A DNA stretch of 32,000 nucleotides, taken from contig NC_014408.1 of NCBI RefSeq assembly GCF_000145295.1, positions 360,001 to 392,000 on the forward strand. The letters are read 5' to 3'. This document shows positions 1-9,528 of this stretch, in pieces. Source of the DNA: Methanothermobacter marburgensis str. Marburg (GTDB lineage Archaea > Methanobacteriota > Methanobacteria > Methanobacteriales > Methanothermobacteraceae). Position 1 is the stretch's first letter. The number at the start of each line of letters is the position of its first letter. A program made the position numbers and the translations under genes. The notes under the pieces are model-generated. The model made no database searches and was not told the origin of the DNA. It saw only the letters and a list, made by a program, of their open reading frames with translations.

Positions 1-226
1 CAAAATATCCCGGAAGTTGAAAGCAATAATTTAAGGGGGTGATGTGTGTATGAGACACACAAACCTATATGTTAGAATTCTAGTATATAAATATTTCGGT
101 TGTGTGGGATGGTTTGCAAGCTAAGGCATCACATAAAGATTAGTGATGGAGGTCTACACACAGGTCCTCTTCACCATGGTGCATGCTAAAGTATCACATA
201 CAACACAACTATAGACAGGTGACATT

Positions 227-901
227 ATGCAGGTTATAGAGGGACCCCTCTTCACCGCCCGCACATGCCAGGAATACATGAAGATGTTTGATCTCAGGAT
301 AAACGAACTTAAGGGGTTGCGAATACTTGACTGTCCAGCGGGTGCCAGCTCATTCACACCAATCATGGCGAAGAGGGGCCTTGATGTGAGGGCCTGTGAC
401 ATCATGTATGGTGAGGAGGCAGATACTCTTGGGAATATGTGCAGGGAGCACCTCATGGCACTCACAGATGCCCTTAAGAGGATCAGGAACCATTTCGTGT
501 GGAGGTTCTACTCTTCACCTGAGGAGATGCTTGAAAAACGCCTGAATGCCTGCGGGTGTTTTGAGGAAAGCTACAGAGAACACCCTGAACTTTACGTGAG
601 GGGGGACCTCAGGGATTTACCCTTTGATGATGATGAGTTTGATCTCCTTCTCTCATCCCATCTCCTCTTCATATATGACCACAGGCTTGACAGGGAATTT
701 CATGAAAGGGCCATTTCTGAGATGATACGCGTCAGCTCAGAGGTGAGGATATACCCGATTGTCAAGGAGAACGGAAAACTCTCAGATTATGCAGAAGGCA
801 TACTGGAGGATAAAAGAGATGAATTTGATGCATTCACGGTCTCGGTGGACTATGAGTTCAGGAGGGGAGGTAACATGATGCTTGTTCTTAAGGGAATATG
901 A
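227..901 (+). CDS. Class I SAM-dependent methyltransferase, substrate unknown
   Basis: 224-aa ORF. AGGTGA box 4 nt upstream of ATG 227. Motif-I-like 'RILDCPAGASSF', acidic 'ACDIMYGE', and 'FDLLLSSHLLF' are typical of Methyltransf_11/25-type enzymes. Confidence 0.7.
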   Translation: MQVIEGPLFTARTCQEYMKMFDLRINELKGLRILDCPAGASSFTPIMAKRGLDVRACDIMYGEEADTLGNMCREHLMALTDALKRIRNHFVWRFYSSPEEMLEKRLNACGCFEESYREHPELYVRGDLRDLPFDDDEFDLLLSSHLLFIYDHRLDREFHERAISEMIRVSSEVRIYPIVKENGKLSDYAEGILEDKRDEFDAFTVSVDYEFRRGGNMMLVLKGI

Positions 902-1036
902 CACCAGTTTCTGGTTCTTTTTCATGACTTTGCTTGTTCTTAAGGGAATATGACACCAGTTTCTGGTTCTTTTTCATGACTTTGCTTGTTCTTAAGGGAA
1001 TATGACACCAGTTTCTGGTTCTTTTTCATAACTTAT
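881..1036. repeat. Tandem direct repeat, 52-bp unit x3 (copies at 881-932, 933-984, 985-1036). Copies 1 and 2 are identical; copy 3 differs at 3 positions near its end.
   Basis: Read directly: unit 'cttgttcttaagggaatatgacaccagtttctggttctttttcatgactttg'. Copy 1 contains the last 6 codons and the TGA stop (899-901) of the methyltransferase gene. Confidence 0.95.
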
Positions 1037-1101
1037 GATTACCTGATTTCATCCTTGAAGAAAAGATGATATCAGTTTTCTGTTCTTTCTGCGTTGGAAG
1101 A

Positions 1102-3688
1102 TCATCTGATCTCATCTAATATAGCCTGATGCATCCTCCTGATGAATTCTATCCGGTCCTCATACTTGAGCACGTCCAGGTAACCCTGGGCAACCAGGTT
1201 AAAGGCAAATGGTGAGGGTATCCTCGTGTCAAACTGCTTGATCTCCATTTCACCATCACGGATCCATTCAAGGACCCTGATGGCATTCTCGATGTCCATG
1301 TAGTCCTCCATAACCTCCCTGCGGGCCTCCTCGAGTATGGGGAACCTGTCATCCAGTTCACTCACAAATTTAAGTAGTATCTTACCCCTCACCTGCTGCC
1401 TGCCAACAGACTTCTCCTCCCCCCTGTACCTGCGGAGTATCATGAGTGCACGGCCAGCGCAGTGCCTGAACCTGCTTGCAAGGGTTTCTGTCCGGTCAAG
1501 GGCCTTCTTAAGTATCTCCCTGAGGTTCTCAGGTTCAAGTTCCATGAATGACTCGAGACCACCCATCTTTCCCTCTGAACTCAGATAGAATCCATTGTCA
1601 GATACAGATATCATGACGTCCCGCCGGTAACGCCTTGCAATGACATAGGCAACGGCCCTTGATAGGGCGTCGTTAACCCTCCTTCCAAAGAGGCTGTGGA
1701 AGACGATGAATTTTCTACCCCCGAAGCCAGTGTAGTACTCAACAAGCATCCTCCTGATGCTGGGTATTGCCGCGTAGAGGTACTGTTCACGGAAATACTC
1801 GTAGATTGAACCTGCGGCCCTCTCATCCACGTGGAGGTAGTCCATTATGAACTCTGTTATCTCTTCCTTTGAACGCCCGTACTGGAACTTACCATCCATA
1901 ATGTCCCTGAATCGCTGTATGTCAACTGCAAGGTCAAAGGAGAGGGGCAGCTGCTCCGAGAACCATGATGGAATGTTGGGGGGTCCTGAGGCGGGGCTGA
2001 CATTGACGGTCATGCCCCTTGCATAGTTGAATCTGTAGATCTTCCCGCCGAGAACAAAGGTGTCGCCCTTCCTGAGTTTCTCCATGAAATCCTCCTCTAT
2101 CCTCCCCACAACCTTTCCGTTGCACTTAACAACCGCAGCGCTCCTATCAGGTATGGTCCCTATGTTGGTGGAGTAGAGCATCCTGGCAAGTTTACCCCTC
2201 CTCCCGAACATGTTCTTGTCGTGGTCAACCCAGATCTTGGCATAGACGTACCTCTCCTCGAGCTCCGCATACTCTCCTGCAAGGTAGCTGAGCACAGAGA
2301 GGTAATCCTCCCTCCTGAGGTTCCTGTAGCAGTAGCTGTTCCTTATAACCTCAAGGGCATGATCAATGTCCCAGGGGGTTCTCAATGGCCATCCCGTATA
2401 TGTGCTGGGCCAGGACATCCAGGCAGTTCTCGGGTACCCTTATGGAATCTATTTTACCCTCAACGGCGTTCTTGAGTATGAGTGAACACTCAACAAGGTC
2501 GTCCCTGTCCACGACAACTATCCGTCCCTTTGATTTCTCATGAAGCTGATGCCCGCTTCTCCCGATACGCTGCAGTGCCCTTGAAACAGATTTTGGTGAA
2601 CTCAGAAGAACCACCAGGTCAATGTACCCGATGTCTATCCCGAGTTCAAGGGAAGTTGATGATACAACCGCCTTCAGCTCACCCCTCTTGAGTTTCTCCT
2701 CTGTTTCAAGCCTTATCTCCCTTGAAAGTGATGAGTGATGTGCCATTATGTTTTCATCGGTGTAACTCTCAGGGAAACGACTTTTCAGGTTGTAAACCAC
2801 ACTCTCGGTCCCGCTCCGAGTGTTGGTGAAGATTAGGGTTGTCCGGTGTTCCATTATGAGATCGTGGAGGATGTCGTAGAGGGCATTACCAATTTCCTCA
2901 GGGTCAGCGGCCACGATGTCATCAACCGGGCAGATGAGTTCAATGTCAAGTTCCTTCAGGTAGCTGACGTCCACTATGATGCAGTCCCTTTCATTACCAT
3001 AACTGTAACCCACCAGGAATTTTGCAACACGCTCAAGTGGATGGACCGTCGCAGATAAACCGATCCTTGTGAAGTTACCGACAAGGTGCTGCAGCCTCTC
3101 AAGGCTCAGTGAAAGATGAACACCCCTCTTATTATCTGCAAGGGAGTGTATTTCATCCACGATAACATAGCGCACAGTTGAAAGCTTTTCACGGAACTTC
3201 GGGGCCACAAGGAGTATTGAAAGCGTCTCAGGGGTCGTTATAAGGATGTGTGGGGGATTTTTGAGCATCCTGGAGCGCTCATAGCTGCTGGTGTCACCGG
3301 TCCGCACAGCTTTCCTTATCTCAAGATCCCTGCCCTCCTCCTCTGCAATCTCCCTTATACCCTGGAGGGGTTCCTCAAGGTTCCTTTCTATGTCATTATC
3401 AAGGGCCTTAAGGGGTGAAATGTATATGCAGTAGACACTGTCCTCCAGTTCACCCCTATCTGCAAGTGTGGTGAGTTCACTGATTATGGAAAGAAACGCG
3501 GTGAGTGTCTTACCTGAACCTGTTGGTGACGATACAAGGACGTTCCTCCCCATGTGTATATCCATTATTGCATACTTCTGGGCCTCTGTGAAGTCATCAA
3601 AGGTTCTCTTGAACCATTCACTGACCCAGGGGTGAAGAACAGAATGTATCCTGCTGCTTGAGTATTTCTTCTTCTGTCTGACTATCAT
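1102..3688 (-). pseudogene. lhr: Lhr-family superfamily-2 ATP-dependent DNA helicase, split into two overlapping frames as assembled (N-terminal part 2363..3688/3700, C-terminal part 1102..2418)
   Basis: The N-terminal ORF has 'SSPTGSGKT' (motif I), 'VIVDEIHSL' (DEIH, motif II), 'GLSATV' (III) and 'QRIGRSGH' (VI). The C-terminal ORF continues the Lhr-core winged-helix and DEAD/H-associated region. The protein sequence reads through ('...YGMAIENP' then 'WDIDHALEV...') if one G of the G5 run at 2374-2378 is removed. Likely start is ATG 3688, preceded by GGTGAGG. Confidence 0.85.
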
Positions 3689-3693
3689 GGGCC

Positions 3694-4440
3694 TCACCAC
3701 CCACCATTGAATCCTGTTGATGAGGTGAACTCCATGAGGGCACCCACCGTCCCGAAATCGAAAACCTCAAAGTCCTCAACACCATAGACATGGAACTCCT
3801 CAAGTTCAGCCTCCCTGAGGAAGGGTGATAGTACAGCCTCATGGAGGATGTCGGAGCCCTCGGTTATGAAATTGAAGGATGGCATGACAACGAGGTTCAT
3901 ATCCCTGAAGGGCCCTAGGAGGAAGCATTTGATCTTTTCAACCCTTTCACCGCTTCTGAGACCCACGCATGGGTGTTCGTGGCCTATGATGATGTTTTCA
4001 GCGTCAAGTCTTTCAGGTATCACATGGCCATGTGTCAGGAGGAAATCGTCCACCTTCATGGTTTCATGGATCGCAATACCTGATATCCCAGACATGTGGG
4101 GTACTATGGGGTCATGATTCCCCTTGATCAGTGTTATCTCCCTGAAGTTTTCCTGGAGGTAGTCCATCATCCGCATGATTTCCCGGTTCTCCTGACGGCT
4201 CACCCTCCCGAATTCATGCTTGAGGTCACCATTTATGATGATACCCGAGGCACCCGATGCGTCCCTTATGGATTCTATCCGCTCAACTATCTTTCTGAAC
4301 TGGAATCCAGGGACCATCACCCCCTCACTGGTGAGGTACTGTTCATACCCCAGGTGGAGGTCGGCTATTATCATTGAATCCTCAATGAGAAGTGACAGGT
4401 CACATATTTCCAGCCCATCCATCAGTTTAAACGTGTTCAT
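3694..4440 (-). CDS. Calcineurin-like metallophosphoesterase (MPE, the usual Lhr operon partner; putative Mn-dependent nuclease)
   Basis: 248-aa ORF with 'ADLHLGYE' (DxH), 'INGDLKHEF' (GD), 'KGNHD' (GNHD) and 'GHEHP' (GHxH). Its stop overlaps the lhr start region. Its ATG overlaps the stop of the upstream gene (ATGA at 4437-4440). Confidence 0.85.
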   Translation of the reverse strand: MNTFKLMDGLEICDLSLLIEDSMIIADLHLGYEQYLTSEGVMVPGFQFRKIVERIESIRDASGASGIIINGDLKHEFGRVSRQENREIMRMMDYLQENFREITLIKGNHDPIVPHMSGISGIAIHETMKVDDFLLTHGHVIPERLDAENIIIGHEHPCVGLRSGERVEKIKCFLLGPFRDMNLVVMPSFNFITEGSDILHEAVLSPFLREAELEEFHVYGVEDFEVFDFGTVGALMEFTSSTGFNGGW

Positions 4441-5381
4441 TGCATCACCAGGACACTGATGAGGTAGAGGAGGTCAAGGACCCCGAAGGCTATGAGTGAG
4501 TTCATTACAACCTCAGATCCCCTCACATTGACTTCATCTGGGTTATGGATGTAATAATAGATGCAGGGAACTGTGAGTGTGAGTGAAAGTAGAGCAATCA
4601 GCGGGAAACTGATCCTGGGATCGAAATGGGGGGAGAATTCAAGAAGTCCCAGTGCAACCGTTGCAGCAGCCGCACTTAAGGCCATAACCCTTCTGGATGC
4701 TCTGACACCCATCCTGACAGGAAACGTTATCTTGCCCCCCAGCAGGTCCTCCCTGAGGTCAGGTATCTCAACGTTTATGATGAAAACAAGCTGCAAAAGC
4801 ATTATGGGGATGGAGAATAGGATTAAGGGAGTATCAATCACACCCCTGATTACAGAGTAACCCATGGCAGGGAATATGAAGCCTGTCAGGGCTGTTGCAA
4901 CCTCCCCAAAACCCCTGTATGATAGTCTGGCTGGAGGGGCACTGTAAAACCATCCAAGCAGATTACCGGCAACTGCAAGGAGAAGAACTGCAGGGTTACG
5001 GTAGATGAGAGTGTAGATAACTGCAAGTGTCAGGGATACTGATATGAGAAGGACAGCAAATTTCCAGGCAAAGCCTCTGAGTTCAGGGTGTCTCTGGAGA
5101 ACCCCGCTTCCCCCGGTATATGCTGTTACAGCCTCAGGGTTGTCCAGTTCAAAGTCATAGTAGTCGTTGCTGTAGGATACAGAAAGATGGGCTGGCATCA
5201 AGATCGCATATCCCATGATGAACTGGTCAGGGGGAAGGTAACCCCTACCTATAGCTGCAAGAACGGCCCCTGTGGCATAGAGGATCAGGCCAGCCCCAAG
5301 AAATGGAAGTCTACCCAGTTTGATGACCTCAGACAGGAAATACCACCTGGAGTTTTTTTTCTTGACATCCAGTTTATGCAT
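4437..5381 (-). CDS. UbiA-superfamily aromatic prenyltransferase, MenA-like
   Basis: 314-aa polytopic membrane ORF. Asp-rich motifs 'SNDYYDFELD' and 'DLREDLLGGKITFPVRMG'; 'YSAPPARLSYRGFGEVA' resembles the MenA signature. GGAGG box 6 nt upstream of ATG 5381. Confidence 0.8.
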   Translation of the reverse strand: MHKLDVKKKNSRWYFLSEVIKLGRLPFLGAGLILYATGAVLAAIGRGYLPPDQFIMGYAILMPAHLSVSYSNDYYDFELDNPEAVTAYTGGSGVLQRHPELRGFAWKFAVLLISVSLTLAVIYTLIYRNPAVLLLAVAGNLLGWFYSAPPARLSYRGFGEVATALTGFIFPAMGYSVIRGVIDTPLILFSIPIMLLQLVFIINVEIPDLREDLLGGKITFPVRMGVRASRRVMALSAAAATVALGLLEFSPHFDPRISFPLIALLSLTLTVPCIYYYIHNPDEVNVRGSEVVMNSLIAFGVLDLLYLISVLVMQ

Positions 5382-5502
5382 TCACATCCTCCTACCAGCG
5401 GGAATTGGGGTCCATTAACATTTATATCGGCTGCGGAATAAAAGATTATCATCACAGTTTATTATCACAGAATCAATCAGGTGAATTTATCAGGTGATTC
5501 TC

Positions 5503-6051
5503 ATGGCTGATAGTACCTTGAAGGATAGGATTGGCCTCATGGATTCAGAGGAAAAGATGAAGGCCGTTGATGAACTTGAACCCTCAGAGGAATCCGTTGA
5601 AATACTTGCAGGACTTCTGGAGGATGAAAGTCATCCTGTTAGATTTAAGGCTGCAGATAAACTTGCAGAATTCGGAAAAATGTCCCTTGAAAGGCTCATT
5701 GAAATAATGGACACTGCAGAGGGGGAGGTCAGGAGATACGCCACATTCGCCCTCAAGAAGATAGGGGATCCAGGAGTTGTGGATCACTTCATTGGGGCCC
5801 TTGAGGATGAGGACTGGGGGGTGAGGAAATTTGCTGCAAGGTCCCTTGGGGAACTGGGGGATAAGAGGGCCGTGGAACCACTCATAGGTGCCCTTGAGGA
5901 TGAGGACTGGGGTGTTAAACTTGTCGCTGTAAGGTCCCTTGGCGACCTCAGGGATCCGAGGGCCATAGAACCAATCAAGAAGGCCAGAAGAAAGGGGGAT
6001 AAGGACTTCAAGAAGGCTGCCAATAAGTCACTCAAAAAGATCCAGTCATAG
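5503..6051 (+). CDS. HEAT-repeat (PBS-lyase HEAT-like) protein
   Basis: Repeated 31-aa units such as 'ALEDEDWGVRKFAARSLGELGDKRAVEPLI' and 'ALEDEDWGVKLVAVRSLGDLRDPRAIEPI'. AGGTGA box 5 nt before ATG 5503; the ORF track begins at GTG 5494. Confidence 0.85.
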   Translation: MADSTLKDRIGLMDSEEKMKAVDELEPSEESVEILAGLLEDESHPVRFKAADKLAEFGKMSLERLIEIMDTAEGEVRRYATFALKKIGDPGVVDHFIGALEDEDWGVRKFAARSLGELGDKRAVEPLIGALEDEDWGVKLVAVRSLGDLRDPRAIEPIKKARRKGDKDFKKAANKSLKKIQS

Positions 6052-6054
6052 TCC

Positions 6055-6070
6055 TCCTGCTTTTTTGTGT
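6055..6070 (+). terminator. Oligo-T tract (T6 at 6061-6066) just after the HEAT-repeat gene stop
   Basis: 'cctcctgcttttttgtg' follows the stop codon directly. Archaeal RNA polymerase terminates at oligo-T tracts. Confidence 0.35.
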
Positions 6071-6125
6071 GAAGTGTTCATCAATTACTCAATTCAGTAA
6101 TATTGTTTATTGCAGTCCCCATGAA

Positions 6126-6170
6126 ACTTTTATATTTTTTAAGTGTCGTTATATAACTATATATAATATT
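6126..6170 (+). promoter_or_regulatory. AT-rich promoter region with TATA-like boxes upstream of the crtI-like gene
   Basis: 'ctTTTATATTttt' at 6128-6135 and further 'tatataactatatataat' boxes, followed by a GGTGG ribosome-binding box and ATG 6186. Confidence 0.4.
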
Positions 6171-6185
6171 TTAGCCGGTGGTTTC

Positions 6186-7661
6186 ATGAGGATAGTGATA
6201 GTGGGGGCTGGATTTGGAGGTCTATCTGCAGCAGCGCTTCTTGCAAGGGGTGGGATGGATGTAACTGTTATTGAGAAAAATGAGGGTCCAGGTGGACGTG
6301 CAAGCGTCTACGGTGAGGGGGGGTTCACATTTGATATGGGCCCATCATGGTACCTCATGCCTGACATATTTGAGAACTTCTTTGCAGAGTTCAGGAGAAA
6401 ACCTGAGGATTTCTACTCCCTGAAACAACTTGACCCTGCATACAGGGTATTCTTTGATGATGATAAGGTTGTAAATGTCTCATCCGATATTGAAAGGAAT
6501 TATGAACTCTTTGACAGCTTCGAGGAAAACGGGGGCGAGAAGCTCAGGGAATACCTCCATTCAGCAGGTGAACTCTATGATTCTGTTGTAAAGGAGATGC
6601 TCTACAGGGACTACCGTTCCATCCTTGACTTCCTCAATGGCAAACTCCTGCTTCAGGGGATAAGACTCAACATACTCGAATCCCTTGAGCACTTTGTTAA
6701 CAAACGCTTTGAGAGTGATGAGGCAAGAAAGATACTCCAGTATTCCATAGGCTTCCTTGGAAGCGCACCGCAGGATACACCCTCCATGTACCATATCATG
6801 TCCCACATTGACATGACACTGGGGGTTTTCTACCCTGAGGGTGGCATAAGGAGGGTTGCAGAGTCCATATATGAACTTGCACTTGATAACGGGGCCGAAT
6901 TCCACTTCAATGAAGAGGTTAAGAGGATAGAGGTTACAGATAAGATGGCCACCTCTGTTGTAACCGACAGGAACATCCACGATGCCGATGCAGTTCTTGT
7001 GAATGCAGATTACCCCCACAGTGAACTTGAACTCCTTGATGCCGACCACAGGACCTATGATGAGAACTACTGGAATTCAAGGGTACTGGCACCATCAGCC
7101 TTTGTGGCCTACGTGGGTGTTGACCGCACAGTAGACGCCCTTGACCACCATAACCTCTTCCTTGAGAGGGACTGGGCAGACAAATTCCAGCAGGTCTTTG
7201 ACCCTGAAAAGGCGTCCTGGCCTGATAGGCCGTCATACTATGTTAATGTTCCCTCAAGGACGGATACAACAGCTGCTCCCGAGGGATCAGACACCCTATT
7301 CATACTGGTTCCCCTGGCACCTGGCATGGAGGATAACCAGGAGCTGAGGGAGGGCCTCTACAGCAGGGTCATGGATGACCTTGAGGGGAGGACAGGTATG
7401 AAGATAAGGGACCATGTGGTGGTGAAGCGTATATTCGCCATAAATGACTTCAGGGAACGATACAATGCATACAGGGGGACAGCACTTGGCCTATCCCATA
7501 CCCTCAGGCAGACCGCCCTCTGGAGACCGGCACATAAAAGCAAGAAGGTTAAAAACCTTTACTACACTGGACAGTACACCCATCCAGGTATAGGGGTGCC
7601 AATGACACTAATATCCTCCCAGATTGTCTGCAGAGAGATACTGGAAGAAATGGGTGAATAG
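6186..7661 (+). CDS. crtI: Phytoene desaturase family FAD-dependent oxidoreductase (CrtI/CrtN-like)
   Basis: N-terminal 'RIVIVGAGFGGLSAAALLA...EKNEGPGGRA' dinucleotide-binding fold, 'GFTFDMGPSW', and C-terminal 'YYTGQYTHPGIGVPMTLISSQ', which is characteristic of CrtI. I start at ATG 6186; the 39 upstream codons of the track ORF are AT-rich promoter sequence. Confidence 0.85.
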   Translation: MRIVIVGAGFGGLSAAALLARGGMDVTVIEKNEGPGGRASVYGEGGFTFDMGPSWYLMPDIFENFFAEFRRKPEDFYSLKQLDPAYRVFFDDDKVVNVSSDIERNYELFDSFEENGGEKLREYLHSAGELYDSVVKEMLYRDYRSILDFLNGKLLLQGIRLNILESLEHFVNKRFESDEARKILQYSIGFLGSAPQDTPSMYHIMSHIDMTLGVFYPEGGIRRVAESIYELALDNGAEFHFNEEVKRIEVTDKMATSVVTDRNIHDADAVLVNADYPHSELELLDADHRTYDENYWNSRVLAPSAFVAYVGVDRTVDALDHHNLFLERDWADKFQQVFDPEKASWPDRPSYYVNVPSRTDTTAAPEGSDTLFILVPLAPGMEDNQELREGLYSRVMDDLEGRTGMKIRDHVVVKRIFAINDFRERYNAYRGTALGLSHTLRQTALWRPAHKSKKVKNLYYTGQYTHPGIGVPMTLISSQIVCREILEEMGE

Positions 7662-7699
7662 TCCAGAATCCTTCAGGCAAAGCAACTTTAAAAGGTTAT

Positions 7700-8575
7700 A
7701 TGGGTGATAGGCTCTTGATTGATGAAAAAATCTATTCAATATTCAAAAGGGGAAGCAAAACATACTTCTACAGCACCCTCTTCTTCCCACCAAAGGTTAG
7801 GAGGGACGTTTTCATACTCTACAGTTTCCTGAGAAAGGCGGATGACTATGTTGATAGAATACCCCAAGATACCGGGGGGTTCTACGACTTTGTTGAACGC
7901 TACCGGGCGGCATCATCAGGCGAAAAAACAGGGGATGTGGTTGTTGATTCGTTCGCGGAACTTTCAGCCAGAAAGGCTTTCAATAAAGAGTGGACAGAGG
8001 CCTTTCTAAGATCAATGGAGATGGATATAACTGTATCATCCTACAGGACAATGGCTGACCTTGAGGAGTACCTACTTGGTTCATCTGAGGTTGTGGGCCT
8101 CTTCATGGCATCCATCATGGGCCTTGACACGGATTCATATCCCCACGCCCGCTACATGGGGAGGGCCATGCAGTACGTCAACTTCATAAGGGACATAGCA
8201 GAGGATGTTGAACTTGGAAGGCTCTACTTCCCGCTGACTGAACTTGAAAGATTTGATCTGGAGTCACTGGATTTAAGTGAAATAAGGGGAAGGGAGGATA
8301 ATTTCAGGTCCTTCCTCAGGGCTCAGATTGATATTTACAGGGACTGGCAGAGGAGGGCAGAGGAGGGTTACAGTTACATCCCCTACCGCTACCTGGTACC
8401 CATAAAGACCGCCGCCGACATGTACCTCTGGACGTCCAGGATAATCGAAAGGGACCCCCTCATAGTCTACCGGAGGAAGGTGAAGCCCTCAAGGGGCAGG
8501 GTGGTCTCAGGGGCCCTCCTGAACATGCTGAGGCTCATCAGACCCAGGGCACCCGTTAATGAGGGGAGTATTTAG
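7700..8575 (+). CDS. crtB: Phytoene/squalene synthase family (CrtB-like) head-to-head prenyl-diphosphate condensing enzyme
   Basis: 291-aa ORF with the two Asp-rich SQS/PSY motifs 'YSFLRKADDYVD' and 'NFIRDIAEDVELGRLYFP'. Confidence 0.85.
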   Translation: MGDRLLIDEKIYSIFKRGSKTYFYSTLFFPPKVRRDVFILYSFLRKADDYVDRIPQDTGGFYDFVERYRAASSGEKTGDVVVDSFAELSARKAFNKEWTEAFLRSMEMDITVSSYRTMADLEEYLLGSSEVVGLFMASIMGLDTDSYPHARYMGRAMQYVNFIRDIAEDVELGRLYFPLTELERFDLESLDLSEIRGREDNFRSFLRAQIDIYRDWQRRAEEGYSYIPYRYLVPIKTAADMYLWTSRIIERDPLIVYRRKVKPSRGRVVSGALLNMLRLIRPRAPVNEGSI

Positions 8576-8586
8576 GGGACCTTCAA

Positions 8587-9480
8587 ATGTCTCAGATGAC
8601 CCCAGGATCCCTTTTTAATTCCATAAAAGATTACACGGGCTTTCTGGTCGGCATATCTCGATTCAGGTTCTGGATATACACCGGGGGAACATATGTAATT
8701 GGGTACACCCTTGCAGCGAAGGGGTTCACTGATTTTCTCTCACCAGCCTATTACATATACCTCCTCTACTTCTTTTTCCCGGCGAATGTGTTCATCTACG
8801 GTGTCAACGACTACTGGGATGAGGATACAGACAGACTAAACCCCAAAAAGGGTTCAAGGGAGCACATGCTGATGCAGAGTGAGCGGAGGAAACTCAGAAA
8901 TTCACTGCTTGCAGTTACAGGTATCAGCGTCGCGCTCATGTTTTCACAGAAACCACAGGAGGCCATTCTTTTCCTCGGATTTTTATTCCTATCATATTTC
9001 TACAGTGCACCCCCACTCAGATTCAAGGAGAGGCCCTTCCTGGATTTTTCATCAAATTACCTCTACATAATGCCCGGTGTATTTGCCTACAGCCTTGCAT
9101 CAGGAAGCCTTCCTGAACCCATAATCCTCCTTGCAGGCTACTGTCACATCGCTGCCATGCACATATTCTCTGCCGTACCTGACACAGAGTATGATAGGAG
9201 GGCAGGAATCAACACAACGCCTGTCTTCATGGGTGAAAAGGCGGCACTTGCACTTTCAGCAGCCTTCTGGCTGATATTATCTTTCATCACCGTCTATCTT
9301 ACGGATCTACATCCCCTCAGCTTTCTGGTATTTGCGTATCCTGCATTTTCCCTTTCTGTACTTCTTTTCGAAAGAATAAGGATAGAGAGGGTTTACTGGT
9401 ACCTGCCCTACGTCAACACAGCCTTTGGAGGTCTGCTCTTCCTTGCGCTCATAAACCACAAGATCTTTCACTGGATTTGA
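8587..9480 (+). CDS. UbiA-family prenyltransferase; its position suggests a lycopene-elongase (LyeJ/CrtEb)-like role
   Basis: 297-aa polytopic ORF with 'NDYWDEDTDRLNPKK' and 'DTEYDRRAGINTTPVFMG'. It starts 11 nt after the crtB-like stop, with an AGGGGA box upstream. Confidence 0.75.
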   Translation: MSQMTPGSLFNSIKDYTGFLVGISRFRFWIYTGGTYVIGYTLAAKGFTDFLSPAYYIYLLYFFFPANVFIYGVNDYWDEDTDRLNPKKGSREHMLMQSERRKLRNSLLAVTGISVALMFSQKPQEAILFLGFLFLSYFYSAPPLRFKERPFLDFSSNYLYIMPGVFAYSLASGSLPEPIILLAGYCHIAAMHIFSAVPDTEYDRRAGINTTPVFMGEKAALALSAAFWLILSFITVYLTDLHPLSFLVFAYPAFSLSVLLFERIRIERVYWYLPYVNTAFGGLLFLALINHKIFHWI

Positions 9481-9485
9481 TCTTG

Positions 9486-9497
9486 AAGTTTTTTTGC
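9486..9497 (+). terminator. Oligo-T tract (T7 at 9489-9495) after the prenyltransferase gene
   Basis: 'gaagtttttttgc' lies within 10 nt of the stop, in a convergent intergenic region. Confidence 0.35.
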
Positions 9498-9528
9498 TGT
9501 AGTTTTCTGGATTTAACTATTCAGGATC

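Noticed and set aside
1-34. Possible 3' end of a plus-strand gene (frame open from base 2 to TAA 32-34)
   Set aside because: Only 10 codons are visible, so it cannot be distinguished from chance.
33-124. A GGGGGTGA box followed 7 nt later by a 24-codon ORF (ATG 50 to TAA 122-124), overlapping a GTGTGT/ACACAC hairpin (44-60) and a 'tatataaatattt' element. A CATCAC/GTGATG inverted repeat lies at about 128-151.
   Set aside because: The ORF is too short and unsupported to call a gene, and the window edge prevents seeing the upstream context. It could equally be 5' UTR or promoter structure for the methyltransferase. It is only worth checking if transcript data exist.
881-1036. Possibility that the 52-bp repeats are a small CRISPR array
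   Set aside because: The units are directly contiguous with no spacers, the repeat is not palindromic, there are only three copies, no cas genes are present, and the first copy is part of a coding sequence.
5797-5975. A ~93-bp DNA repeat inside the HEAT-repeat gene
   Set aside because: It reflects the protein's 31-residue HEAT units ('ALEDEDWGV...') and is not an independent DNA element.
6069-6185. A 39-codon N-terminal extension of the crtI-like ORF in the track
   Set aside because: The extension is AT-rich promoter-like sequence with TATA boxes. The GxGxxG fold begins right after ATG 6186, which has a GGTGG box upstream.
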